Source: a virus
IMG/VR virus record: IMGVR_UViG_3300025108_000015
Span: 114,234 to 178,233 of that record
Reading direction: 5' to 3' (one strand)
DNA: 64,000 nucleotides
Shown: one piece after another, positions 18,431 through 28,902 of the stretch
Numbering within the stretch: the first letter of the stretch is position 1
Layout of the letters: every line of letters begins with the position of its first letter
Translations under genes and position numbers: made by a program
Notes under the pieces: generated by a model
Database searches by the model: none
What the model saw: the letters and a program-made list of their open reading frames with translations, nothing else
Told to the model about the DNA's origin: nothing

Positions 18431-19893
18431 TGGGTGTATTTAAAATAAACATAACAAATGATTCAGCTAATACCAAAGTTACAAGTGGAGCAAGCCCTTT
18501 TACATCTGCGATAGTAACCAAAGAGGTATCAAATGGTATCAATGGTACTATATTATATCTGACATTTTACGTTCACCCAAATTCAGATTACTACTTTGAC
18601 AACTTCACCGACTTAACCTATACAATTGGTGGTACTGGTTATACAGCCGCAAGTAATGGTTCTGTATATAGTTCTGGCAATACATCATTGTCAGTATCTA
18701 TGGTAAATGGGTCTATACGAGTTGATGGTATTCACCAAATTGAGCCTGGAGTAACATTAAACCTAACTTTAGGTGGTGGTGCAATATCATTATCATCAGA
18801 CCCACCATCCGATGGAGATTCTATTGCAGCTGGCAGTGATTCGGCTATCTCGTCAAATCCGGTATCTGGTATTGGTAACACATATAACTTTGAACAAACA
18901 CGTAGTATTCAAATCAAACATCAAAGTCATTTTAATATATTAAATAAAAATGATGATTGGGCAGTTTCATTTGGAGCAACCATCCCACCATCACAATCAA
19001 TTGCAGGTAGACGAGAGTTTAGCTTAGTTCAAAAACGAAATACACTATCCACCATAGGTGATGATGGATTGGAGACCACAAAAGCCGATGGGTCTGGTCA
19101 GTACCCATTTGACATATCATTCTACTCAGAAAACCACCCAACAAGTCCTGGTCATATATTTGTAAAAGCCTCAGATGGTAATATTACAATGAACTTTTCC
19201 TCATCCACAGCATACGCTGATGGAACACATCACAAATATGTACTCAATAAAAAAGACGACCTCATCTACTTATACGTTGATGGTATTGTTGACACATCAG
19301 CATCTTATTCGTTTAAGACAAATGTAAACAATGATAGGGATATACTTATAGGCAGTCGTGATGTTGAAAATACTGAAGCAAACTTTAGTGGTTCTATATC
19401 ACAATTTAGAATATCAAAAACCGCATTAACTGATGATAATATAATATCGCTAGCAGATACTTCTCCAAGTGGGTCTGCTCTACAAAGAAAAGAAGTGGGT
19501 TATGTATTTTATAAACAAGGTATGATTATTACGTCAGACCCAAGGTATAGATATCAGAATATATTTTTAGGAAATAACAATGGTGATTATACAAATCGTG
19601 ATTATGAATTAAAGTATAGGTCTACTAAAACAATCGAAGAAGTTTCTGTATTATGTGAGATAAATAGAAACGAATACAATGTGTCATCAAACCCATCGCT
19701 TCGAGTTGGCGGCACCGCTGATGATAACCGATTAATAAATATGGTCACAGGTTCAGACTTTAGACCATACATTACTCAGCTTGGATTATATAACGACACT
19801 GGTGACTTATTAGCAATAGCAAAGTTAGGTTCACCATTGAAAAAGAGACAAGACGTTGACGTGACAATCAACGTTAAATTTGATATAGACTAA
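18430..19893 (+). CDS. Structural protein with a LamG/concanavalin-like domain and the shared C-terminal domain
   Basis: DWAVSF ... HHKYVLNKKDDLIYLYVDG ... ILIGS ... FSGSISQFRI (LamG-like); YITQLGLYNDTGDLLAIAKL. Confidence 0.65.
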   Translation: MGVFKINITNDSANTKVTSGASPFTSAIVTKEVSNGINGTILYLTFYVHPNSDYYFDNFTDLTYTIGGTGYTAASNGSVYSSGNTSLSVSMVNGSIRVDGIHQIEPGVTLNLTLGGGAISLSSDPPSDGDSIAAGSDSAISSNPVSGIGNTYNFEQTRSIQIKHQSHFNILNKNDDWAVSFGATIPPSQSIAGRREFSLVQKRNTLSTIGDDGLETTKADGSGQYPFDISFYSENHPTSPGHIFVKASDGNITMNFSSSTAYADGTHHKYVLNKKDDLIYLYVDGIVDTSASYSFKTNVNNDRDILIGSRDVENTEANFSGSISQFRISKTALTDDNIISLADTSPSGSALQRKEVGYVFYKQGMIITSDPRYRYQNIFLGNNNGDYTNRDYELKYRSTKTIEEVSVLCEINRNEYNVSSNPSLRVGGTADDNRLINMVTGSDFRPYITQLGLYNDTGDLLAIAKLGSPLKKRQDVDVTINVKFDID

Positions 19894-19899
19894 AAAGTT

Positions 19900-20331
19900 A
19901 TGGCAAAAGGAAATTGGTCCCACATCCAAAAGATGAAGGGTCATAAAAGTGGTTTGGAGACTCGTATAGATGAGCAACTTAAATTACAAGGTATTGATGG
20001 TGAGTACGAGAAGCATGAATTCGGATATACAATTCCAGCAACTAATCATACTTACAAACCAGACTTTAGATTACCTAATGGTATATTCATAGAGTCGAAG
20101 GGGTGGTTCTTGCCCGATGATAGGAAGAAACATCTTTTAATCAAAGAGCAAAATCCTAACGTTGATTTACGATTCGTTTTACAATCTCCCAATGGTAAAA
20201 TTTACAAAGGTTCAAAGACCACTTACGCACAATGGTGTGAGAAGAATGGATTCAAATGGGCCAAGAAAGAAATACCCCAAGAGTGGATTGATGAAAAACC
20301 TTCCGCTGATTTCTTTGATTATTCAAAATAA
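19900..20331 (+). CDS. Holliday junction resolvase, T7 endonuclease I-like
   Basis: KSGLE ... YKPDF ... IFIESKG ... DRKKHLLIKEQNP ... DLRFV ... TTYAQWCEKNGF. Confidence 0.9.
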   Translation: MAKGNWSHIQKMKGHKSGLETRIDEQLKLQGIDGEYEKHEFGYTIPATNHTYKPDFRLPNGIFIESKGWFLPDDRKKHLLIKEQNPNVDLRFVLQSPNGKIYKGSKTTYAQWCEKNGFKWAKKEIPQEWIDEKPSADFFDYSK

Positions 20332-20344
20332 TTTCGTATATTAG
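20314..20344 (+). promoter_or_regulatory. Bacteroidetes-type promoter candidate for the primase/Mre11-Rad50 operon
   Basis: TTTG (20314-20317) - 19 nt - TATATTAG (20337-20344). Confidence 0.45.
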
Positions 20345-20349
20345 TAGTT

Positions 20350-21285
20350 ATGGAAGAAAGACTACTTGAATTATTAGAGTCCGTACTTGGGTCATCCAAG
20401 AAAACGAGTGGGGATAATTATGCATTCTATTCACCATTTGTTGACCATTACAAACCAAAGTTAGAGATTAATATACGAATTAATTCTAAAGGAAACAACC
20501 CGTGGCATTGTTGGATTTCTGATGAGAAGGGTAGAAGTATCAAGACACTCTTCAAGAAACTTCGCGTATCCAAGTCAACTTGGGATGAGTACAACTCGAT
20601 ATTCAGTAAGGTAAATCGTTATAGAAGTGAATACGATAATGTAGACGTTGTAGAGCAAGTAGAGCTTCCCAAAGAATTCCAACCACTTTATAACCCATCA
20701 AACTCTTACAAACGGAAACACGCACTAAACTATTTGTTAGGTCGTGGTGTTAGGCCTGAAGACATTGTAAAGTATAATATTGGGTTTTGTGATGAGGGTG
20801 AATATAGAGATAAGATTATAATTCCATCGTATGATGAACGTGGTAAATTAAACTTCTTTGTTGGTAGGTCATTCTATCAGACTCAATACAAACATAAAAA
20901 CCCAAAGGTATCTAAGGACATTGTGGGTTTTGAATTACTTATCAATTGGGATACACCACTGGTGTTATGTGAAGGTGCATTTGATGCATTATCAATACGA
21001 AGAAACGCAATACCATTATTTGGTAAAGCTATACAATCTGAATTAGAGAAGAAAATAATTGGAAATAAAGTAAAAAAGTTGTATATTGTATTAGATTCAG
21101 ATGCTATAAAGAATGCTCTGCGTCTTACAAAGAAGTTTATGTCGTATGGAATTGAGACTCACCTTGTAGACTTAGGTGACCAAGACCCATCAGATATGGG
21201 CTATGAAAATGTTAATGAATTAATTTATAATACTCCACCAATGGACCTTAGAAAGTTGGTTGAGTATGAACTATATAGAGTATGA
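20350..21285 (+). CDS. DNA primase (DnaG/TOPRIM type)
   Basis: LLGRGV ... IIIP ... FFVGR ... KYKHKNP catalytic core; TOPRIM LCEGAFDAL and LDSDA. Confidence 0.85.
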   Translation: MEERLLELLESVLGSSKKTSGDNYAFYSPFVDHYKPKLEINIRINSKGNNPWHCWISDEKGRSIKTLFKKLRVSKSTWDEYNSIFSKVNRYRSEYDNVDVVEQVELPKEFQPLYNPSNSYKRKHALNYLLGRGVRPEDIVKYNIGFCDEGEYRDKIIIPSYDERGKLNFFVGRSFYQTQYKHKNPKVSKDIVGFELLINWDTPLVLCEGAFDALSIRRNAIPLFGKAIQSELEKKIIGNKVKKLYIVLDSDAIKNALRLTKKFMSYGIETHLVDLGDQDPSDMGYENVNELIYNTPPMDLRKLVEYELYRV

Positions 21286-24200
21286 AACGACTCAAAAAAA
21301 TTAAAGTCGGTATAGAAAAGGTAAACAAAGTTTATCATATCGCAGATGTACATATAAGAAACCTCAAGCGACACAAAGAGTATCGTGATGTATTTTCCCA
21401 ACTTTATGGATATATTCTATCCACAATGGATGAAAATGACATCATATACATTGCAGGTGATATTGTTCATGCTAAGACTGATATGTCACCCGAAGTGGTA
21501 GACTTGACTCAAGAGTTCTTTACTCGATTAGCAGACTTACTACCAACAATTGTCATTCCTGGTAATCACGATGCTAATCTAAACAACACGTCAAGGTTGG
21601 ATGCATTGTCACCAATTATTAACGCATTGAAACACCCAAACCTATTCTACCTAAAAGATACAGGTGCTTGGTCATTGGGTGACCTCACAATAGTACACCA
21701 ATCAGTTTGGGATAAGTCTCCAGGATTTCCACCATCGGTTGATTACAAAGGTGATACTAAGATTGCAGTATTTCATGGACCGGTTGATAAGATTGAGACT
21801 GAACATGGATTTGCTATCGAGAATAAGAACATCAATGTAGGAAACTTTGATGGGTATGATATGGTGATGTTGGGTGATATCCATAAACCAAATAATGCAG
21901 TTCAAGGTGTTGATACAATAAAGTACGCAGGTTCACTTATAGTTCAGAATCATGGTGAGGCAAAATATCCAGACCATGGTATTTTAGTTTGGGATGTTCT
22001 AACTCGTACAAGTGAGTTTGTAAGAATTCCAAATGACTATGGTTATGTAACCGTTGATATTGAAGAGGGTAAGATTGTATCAAGTATGCCAATTCCTCAA
22101 AAACCACGAATGAGAGTTCGTGTAAAAGATACTAAGGCATCTGAACTAAACAAGATTATAGCAGACTTAAAGAAGGGTAGGCAGGTTCAAGAATTAACGA
22201 TACAAAAAGTAATTACTCGTAAAAGTGGTAGTGATAGTGAAAAGATTGTTCTTCAGAATGTACGTGATACTGCTTTCCAAAATAAATTGATTGAAGATTT
22301 CTTAAATGAAAACGAACACCTCACCGAACAGCAACTTGAAGTTGTTAAAGGTATTAATAACGACATCAACTCAAAGTTGGGAATCCACCGAGCAATTACC
22401 AACACCACTTGGATACCAAAGAAGTTTGAATTCTCGAATATGTTCTCGTATGGTCCTAACAATGTTGTAGACTTTAGTCAAATGAAAGGAGCATATGGTA
22501 TCTTTGCTCCAAACGCAAGTGGTAAATCAACCTTATGGGATGCTCTTTCATTTTGTATATTCGATAAATGTTCTCGTACTTCTAAAGCAGAAGACGTTAT
22601 GAACTATTCTAAGATGTCATTTAATTGTTCATTTACTTTTGAATTAAATGGTGTTGATTATACAATTGAACGTACCGCAAAAAAATCACCAAAGCGTGGT
22701 ACTGTGAAGGTTAATACTGACTTTTATAGAATTATAGATGGTCAGAAAGAATCTTTAAATGGTGAACAGCGTAGAGATACAAATGTAAATATAAGAGAAT
22801 ATGTTGGAACATACGAGGATTTCATCCTTACAGCCATGTCAACCCAATCGAACAATAGTGGGTTCATCGAAAAGTCTCAGAAGGAACGAAAAGAACTCCT
22901 CGCCCAATTCTTGGACATGGATGTCTTTGAAGGGTTATACCAAATCGCAAGTGAGGAGATTAAAGAATTATCAGCTCTTTTAAAAGATTACAAAAACCAA
23001 GACCTACCAACACAACTTGCAGAGGCAGAAGATACATTGACATCAATTACTGGCTCATTGACCGACCTACAAGATAGACGTTCGGAGTTGGAGACAAAAT
23101 GTGATAACACAAACATTAAAATAGAATTTGAAATGGGCGCACTCAAGCCTGTTGAAGATTTAGGTGATGTTTCTGATTTAGAAGATAAGCTCGAACTACA
23201 ACAAGAGTACATTAACAAACAACAAATGTCATGTGATGGGGTATCGGTATCTATTAAAAAAACAAATACTGATATAAAGAATATTCAGTCTAAACTATCT
23301 AAGTTTAACGAGAGTGAATTAATTGAGTCAGATAAACAATACAAGATACTCGATAATAAATTTAATCAGATGGGTGTTGAGTTAACCAAATTAGAATCAG
23401 AAATGGTTCATTCAAAAAAACACTTAGATGGTATTGGGTCATTGACCTTTGATGAAACTTGTGAACATTGTGTAAAAAATCAAAACACTCCGTTTGCTAA
23501 ACAAGCACAAACACTTGAGGTTGGGTTAGAACGATTAGGTAAAGAATACTCAACGTTAGTTTCAAGTAGGTTAGATGTAATGACTGAACGAGATACCCAT
23601 GATGTATCAGCTAAACTAAAAGTATATAATGAGTTAGTATTAGATTCTAAAGAGTTACATAGTGAGTTAAGTAAGTATGAATCTGAGTATGATGGGTGTA
23701 TTCTTCGTGTTGATAATATGACCTTAGAGATGGAATCTTTAAAAGAAAAGGTAACTCGTGCTAAAAATCAACAAGAAGCTGTAACCCATAATGCTCAAAT
23801 ACAAGAAAAGGTAAAATCTTTTAAAATCACACGAGATAAACTTAAAGATGAGATTCGTGATATTACCACCGAGATTATGGATGTTAATTCGGATATTAAG
23901 TTAGCCGAAAAAACAATAGATATGGTAAATACGTCAATCGATAAACTTCGTGATATGGAAGTTCGTTTTGATGGTTATGAATATTATCTTAAATGTGTAA
24001 AGAGAGATGGTATACCATATAATCTTATTTCAGATGTCTTACCTAAGTTAGAGGTTGAGATTAACAACATACTACAACCAATAGTAGACTTTCAAGTACT
24101 ACTAAATACTGATGGTAAGAATATCAACTCATACATTGCATATGGTACTGAGGAATATTGGCCATTAGAACTTACAAGTGGTATGGAAAAGTTCATATCG

Positions 24201-24449
24201 TCAATTGCAATTAGAACCGCATTGATTAATGTATCGAATCTACCAAGACCAAACTTCATTGCTATTGATGAGGGATTTGGTTCATTAGACACGGATAACT
24301 TTAATTCTTTATATTTATTATTTGACTACCTAAAGACACAATTTGATTTTATCATAACAATATCACACATTGATAAGACTAGAGATATGGTTGACCAAAT
24401 AATTGATATAAATAAAGTTAGGGGATTCTCTAAGGTGTCATATTTATAA
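21282..24449 (+). CDS. Fused Mre11/SbcD nuclease - Rad50/SbcC ATPase (gp47-gp46-like)
   Basis: Phosphoesterase motifs ADVH, GDIVH, GNHD, GDIH; Walker A NASGKST, hook CEHC, signature TSGMEK, Walker B IAIDEGFGSLD, H-loop ISH; a single ORF. Confidence 0.9.
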   Translation: MKRLKKIKVGIEKVNKVYHIADVHIRNLKRHKEYRDVFSQLYGYILSTMDENDIIYIAGDIVHAKTDMSPEVVDLTQEFFTRLADLLPTIVIPGNHDANLNNTSRLDALSPIINALKHPNLFYLKDTGAWSLGDLTIVHQSVWDKSPGFPPSVDYKGDTKIAVFHGPVDKIETEHGFAIENKNINVGNFDGYDMVMLGDIHKPNNAVQGVDTIKYAGSLIVQNHGEAKYPDHGILVWDVLTRTSEFVRIPNDYGYVTVDIEEGKIVSSMPIPQKPRMRVRVKDTKASELNKIIADLKKGRQVQELTIQKVITRKSGSDSEKIVLQNVRDTAFQNKLIEDFLNENEHLTEQQLEVVKGINNDINSKLGIHRAITNTTWIPKKFEFSNMFSYGPNNVVDFSQMKGAYGIFAPNASGKSTLWDALSFCIFDKCSRTSKAEDVMNYSKMSFNCSFTFELNGVDYTIERTAKKSPKRGTVKVNTDFYRIIDGQKESLNGEQRRDTNVNIREYVGTYEDFILTAMSTQSNNSGFIEKSQKERKELLAQFLDMDVFEGLYQIASEEIKELSALLKDYKNQDLPTQLAEAEDTLTSITGSLTDLQDRRSELETKCDNTNIKIEFEMGALKPVEDLGDVSDLEDKLELQQEYINKQQMSCDGVSVSIKKTNTDIKNIQSKLSKFNESELIESDKQYKILDNKFNQMGVELTKLESEMVHSKKHLDGIGSLTFDETCEHCVKNQNTPFAKQAQTLEVGLERLGKEYSTLVSSRLDVMTERDTHDVSAKLKVYNELVLDSKELHSELSKYESEYDGCILRVDNMTLEMESLKEKVTRAKNQQEAVTHNAQIQEKVKSFKITRDKLKDEIRDITTEIMDVNSDIKLAEKTIDMVNTSIDKLRDMEVRFDGYEYYLKCVKRDGIPYNLISDVLPKLEVEINNILQPIVDFQVLLNTDGKNINSYIAYGTEEYWPLELTSGMEKFISSIAIRTALINVSNLPRPNFIAIDEGFGSLDTDNFNSLYLLFDYLKTQFDFIITISHIDKTRDMVDQIIDINKVRGFSKVSYL
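24439..24448 (+). promoter_or_regulatory. Putative late promoter motif
   Basis: CATATTTATA upstream of 24470. Confidence 0.55.
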
Positions 24450-24469
24450 GAAAGTAATGGAGTCCGTTA

Positions 24470-27400
24470 ATGGGATTAGAACTAAAACGAAGGTCTAAGC
24501 AATTTTTAAGTAAAATATCAAACGCTCTTGATTTAGATGATAAAGAGGCAGTTAGGGTATTTGGTATCAGAAACTTTCCAGAATTTTTTGGAGAGGGTAA
24601 GAACTCGTTTAGAATAAAACCACAACCACGCTCGATTGTTACTAATACTCAAATTGACGTTGAGGTATTGGATAGTAATGGCAATACGATATATTGGGAA
24701 GCTCCCAAGTATAAGGATGACGATAAATCTCAACTGATTACTGTTTGGGTTTACTCTGACGATAACGATAGGTATCATACTCCTGATGGAATATGTACGG
24801 TAACAATCGTAGCAAATACCACGGAAGGTCCTATCAGATACACTCGTGAAGTAAATGTTGTAAAAAATCAAAAATCAATATCTGATATTGTTTTCGTAGA
24901 TACTCCGAATGGAGAGGTGTCAGCCTCAGTTGATTCATTTACAGAACTACCCCAAACAAATGGTGTACTATCAAAGGTTTCAGTAAATGGTGAGTTTACT
25001 TACAAGAAGTCTATATATGGTGACGATGTTTCGTTTGAGGTATCTACACCCATAATAAATGGTGAAATGCTGGGTGGTACTCTTGAATTAGATTTATCAT
25101 CTACCACTTTATTTCCACGATTGACTGGCGGCCAACCACAACCGACACACGTTACTTCAAGTATTACTGAAGTTATAACAAACAATATATTTAGAGTTGG
25201 GTTACCAATTACATCAAGCGATAATCGTAGTGATGGTTCAATTCATACATATGAATATTCCAACGACACTATAACCGGTACAATACGATATCAGTCAACT
25301 GGTTCGTTAAATACAACTCAAAATCAAGTAGCAGTTGCAAATATTACATTATCAAATGTAAATCCGGTATCGGGTAGAATTAGCTCTGTAAATACCTTGA
25401 TTAAATCACAAGGGTTACCAAACTCTGATTTTGAGATAATATCAAATACTGACGTTCCAAACGAACCTGATATTTCATATAAAGTTGTAATACCAACCGA
25501 ACAATTAAACGACCCTAAAACTTTAAAGATTCAATTCTTAAATAAGAATGGTAATGTATCTAATACTGAAATATTAATTGAAGGTATTATATTTGAGGGT
25601 GGTAACGTTTATATAGGTGGGTCAGAATCCATAATTACTGGTTCTATATTCGTATCAAATGCTATTGGTAGTGGTTTAGAAATAGGCGGTCATTCAAGTG
25701 GTTTTCTAAAATCAGTAGGATATGATGGCCAAATTTCGGCATCGGAAGGTAAAGGACCTGGTGGATTCATACTATATAGTGGTAGTAACGCATTACAAAT
25801 GGGTAGTGATGTACTACGTGGTGTTGGTATGCAGTTTGTTGGTGACAATGACGATAGACACTTAATATTTACAACAGCCGATGGTGGGTTGTTGGATGTC
25901 AAAACTGATAAGTTTTTTATTGGTACAACCAACACTCAATTTATAAGTGGGTCTGATTCTAATATAGAAATCAGTTCTTCACTATTTCACTTAGACCCCA
26001 AGAATGACCGATTAGTAATTGGTGCTGACGCTATTATAGAAGCAGACTTATCAGCAAACAATATTCGTACTCCTGCAACAATTGGTGGTAATCAATCCAC
26101 CGACTTAAATGCAAGTTCATCTATAACACAAGATGGGTTCGCTCGATTTGTATCCGCAAGTATTGGTGGTTGGAACGTAGACACTGGTTCAATCTTTAGT
26201 GATAATTTAGAGATAAATTCAACAGGTAAGATAAAAACGAGAGATTACATATCAGATACTAAAGGGTGGTTAATTGATGAGACTGGTATAGCTGAATTCG
26301 CTAATGTTAAGATTCGTGGTACTCTTGCAACTACAACCTTTGAGAAGGAAAGTGTAAACGCAGTAGGTGGTCAACTATATGTTGCTAATTCTACTACTTT
26401 GAGTGGGTCATATAGTTCAAGTATAACGCCAGTACCTTCGAGTGGGGTAACATCGTCTACATCACTACCAACTGAGTTTGGTGATAATAGTACGGATAAG
26501 ATTGAATTTCCACAATTTACTCCATATCAATTAGTATCTGTTGAAGATTCCACAAAGTTTACTATTGATACACCAATCTTCGCAAATGGTGGTACTGCAT
26601 TTTTGTATTATAGTTCAAGTAACGCATTTGGTTCACAAGTCTCGGCAAGTGAAGAAGTTACAGTAAGTACAACAATACCATATTCAGCATCGTTCTTAAA
26701 TCGGACTGGTGTTATTAATGGTCAGAGTACCTTTGAATACACTGACTTTGTTGTACAAACGCCATTACCACCCACGGGCCAAGAAGACCATTTTGTAGAT
26801 GAAGTATGTACTATTACGGAAATGAATGGGGCAATCGTATTTAGTAATAGTAGTGATACAGCCACCGCTACGTTGACCTCTTTAGGCCCTCCAACTGAAA
26901 TTACACTTGAACCTGGAGTTACATTTAACGGAGCTTATAGTGGTCAAACTTTAGAATTCGCATTATCATTTACAAACTCTACGAGTGTAACTGAACACCA
27001 AGCAACTAATATTGTTTATAAGAAAGTTGGAATTTGGCCAGCTTCAATTGTAGATGATGGTGAGATTACATTTGACGATGGTGGTGGTAGTCATACGTTC
27101 GATATCCTCGAACGTGTTAGTGATACACAACTAAAAATAGACACATCATCACATAAACCAAATACCAGCGCGTCGTTTGTAGGCGCATCTGGTAACTATT
27201 CACAATCATTATCCGACACACGAACTATAAGCGCTGGTACAACTACAACAACACAATTTATTTACGATAACATATCACCATCTTCAAGTAGATTTATAGT
27301 AGAAAATGTAACAGGCTTCGCAGAAGGTGAAATACTAACTTTAAAAAAAGTAAATAATACTGGATTTACAACTGAGTACGTTAGAGTACATAGTTCAACA

Positions 27401-28867
27401 CGATTGGATGGTAGTAGTGATACCGACCTAACAGGTATATTAGACGTTACACGTTCATATGGTAGTGGTACGACCGGAGATACTGCCTCACTTGGGGATA
27501 TTGCATCGGTAGCACAAGAATACGATACTGGTCAGGTGGTGGTATCTACTGGTAAAATCGGAAGTGGTTACATTAGAATTAACGCGAATCCAAATGACCC
27601 ATCTACACCATATATTGATATTGTAGAAAGAACGGGTAGTGGTTTATATGATGTAGACCTTAAAGCACGTTTGGGTGACCTTAGTGGGTTAGCCGGTAGT
27701 AATATGGTATTGGGTAATAATACTCCTGGTTTTGGTTTAGCTACTGATAATGTATTCCTTCAAGGTGGTATCATTGCAACCTTTGGTGAAATCGGTGGGT
27801 TTGGTATAAACGCCACTACAATATCATCATCAAACAATAATCTTATTTTAAGAAGTAATGGTCAGATAACCGGTTCAGCTGCATTATTAAGTGGTAGTGA
27901 TGTTGTGATTGACGTAGAAGACTTTACTTTAAACTCAACAAACTTCAAAGTAAATTCTGCTGGTGATATTACTGGCTCTAATGTGTTATTCGATGGTGGC
28001 ACTATTGGTGGATTTGAATTAGGGTCTAATATTATATCATCATCAAATGGCGATTTAGTTTTAAAATCGAATGGTGAAATTACCGGCTCTAATGTATTAT
28101 TTAACAACGGAATAGTCGGTGGTTTTGAAATAGGAAGTAATCAGATATCATCATCTAATTCAGCATTAATTCTAAAGAATAATGGGCATATTACAGGATC
28201 AGCAGTACGTTTAACCACAACAGTTGGTAGTCAGTTGTACGAAGTCCTTGACACCACTAAGGGTATAATTGATGCTAAGAATGTTGGTAGACAACTATAC
28301 ATGAGTTCCGATGAGCATATACTCCAAAACTCAAATAGTAATTCAGGAAAAACAGTATCATCTGATAAAATTACAATTATATGGCAGGGGTTTAGACACG
28401 AAACGCGTGTTAATATTTCATTTCAGGGGTTATTCGAAAAACATGGCACTGGAAAAGCGATAGGTGGATTTCAAGGTTCGTTATACACTGCAATATCAGG
28501 CTCTGATAATTCTGCTGACACTTATTATGATAATTGGCAATCGTTACGTACTAATCAAGGTATGGCTGTATTTGGAACTACTGGCACAAATACACCCTAT
28601 TCTGCATCGGAATCGAATATTGGTCCTGACGCTTTTACGTTTGAAATTGATAATTACACCGATGGGTTAAGTACATATAATCACGAAAAATATCAAACAC
28701 AATTATTTAAACTTGAACTACAACCATATGTTCAGAACCTCATAACAACAACAGGAACTTCAAGAGTTAAAATAAAAAATATATCAGTTTGGACATCACG
28801 TGGATTAGCTAGTACATTTGAGGCACTTCCAGTTCAACCGAACAATGGTGGGTTTGGTCTTCCATAA
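24470..28867 (+). CDS. Large virion structural protein (tail/fibre-like)
   Basis: 1465 aa, Ser/Thr/Gly- and beta-rich, with IGGF repeats; has its own promoter motif. Confidence 0.6.
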   Translation: MGLELKRRSKQFLSKISNALDLDDKEAVRVFGIRNFPEFFGEGKNSFRIKPQPRSIVTNTQIDVEVLDSNGNTIYWEAPKYKDDDKSQLITVWVYSDDNDRYHTPDGICTVTIVANTTEGPIRYTREVNVVKNQKSISDIVFVDTPNGEVSASVDSFTELPQTNGVLSKVSVNGEFTYKKSIYGDDVSFEVSTPIINGEMLGGTLELDLSSTTLFPRLTGGQPQPTHVTSSITEVITNNIFRVGLPITSSDNRSDGSIHTYEYSNDTITGTIRYQSTGSLNTTQNQVAVANITLSNVNPVSGRISSVNTLIKSQGLPNSDFEIISNTDVPNEPDISYKVVIPTEQLNDPKTLKIQFLNKNGNVSNTEILIEGIIFEGGNVYIGGSESIITGSIFVSNAIGSGLEIGGHSSGFLKSVGYDGQISASEGKGPGGFILYSGSNALQMGSDVLRGVGMQFVGDNDDRHLIFTTADGGLLDVKTDKFFIGTTNTQFISGSDSNIEISSSLFHLDPKNDRLVIGADAIIEADLSANNIRTPATIGGNQSTDLNASSSITQDGFARFVSASIGGWNVDTGSIFSDNLEINSTGKIKTRDYISDTKGWLIDETGIAEFANVKIRGTLATTTFEKESVNAVGGQLYVANSTTLSGSYSSSITPVPSSGVTSSTSLPTEFGDNSTDKIEFPQFTPYQLVSVEDSTKFTIDTPIFANGGTAFLYYSSSNAFGSQVSASEEVTVSTTIPYSASFLNRTGVINGQSTFEYTDFVVQTPLPPTGQEDHFVDEVCTITEMNGAIVFSNSSDTATATLTSLGPPTEITLEPGVTFNGAYSGQTLEFALSFTNSTSVTEHQATNIVYKKVGIWPASIVDDGEITFDDGGGSHTFDILERVSDTQLKIDTSSHKPNTSASFVGASGNYSQSLSDTRTISAGTTTTTQFIYDNISPSSSRFIVENVTGFAEGEILTLKKVNNTGFTTEYVRVHSSTRLDGSSDTDLTGILDVTRSYGSGTTGDTASLGDIASVAQEYDTGQVVVSTGKIGSGYIRINANPNDPSTPYIDIVERTGSGLYDVDLKARLGDLSGLAGSNMVLGNNTPGFGLATDNVFLQGGIIATFGEIGGFGINATTISSSNNNLILRSNGQITGSAALLSGSDVVIDVEDFTLNSTNFKVNSAGDITGSNVLFDGGTIGGFELGSNIISSSNGDLVLKSNGEITGSNVLFNNGIVGGFEIGSNQISSSNSALILKNNGHITGSAVRLTTTVGSQLYEVLDTTKGIIDAKNVGRQLYMSSDEHILQNSNSNSGKTVSSDKITIIWQGFRHETRVNISFQGLFEKHGTGKAIGGFQGSLYTAISGSDNSADTYYDNWQSLRTNQGMAVFGTTGTNTPYSASESNIGPDAFTFEIDNYTDGLSTYNHEKYQTQLFKLELQPYVQNLITTTGTSRVKIKNISVWTSRGLASTFEALPVQPNNGGFGLP
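27791..28203 (+). repeat. Three imperfect ~30-aa repeats: [IV]GGF-x5-ISSSN-x2-L-x-L-x2-NG-x-ITGS
   Basis: Copies start near 27791, 28004 and 28115. Confidence 0.85.
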
Positions 28868-28889
28868 TTGGAATTTAAAAATAATTTAG

Positions 28890-28899
28890 GATACTTATT
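28890..28899 (+). promoter_or_regulatory. Putative late promoter motif
   Basis: GATACTTATT, 3 nt before the ATG at 28903. Confidence 0.5.
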
Positions 28900-28902
28900 A
28901 GT

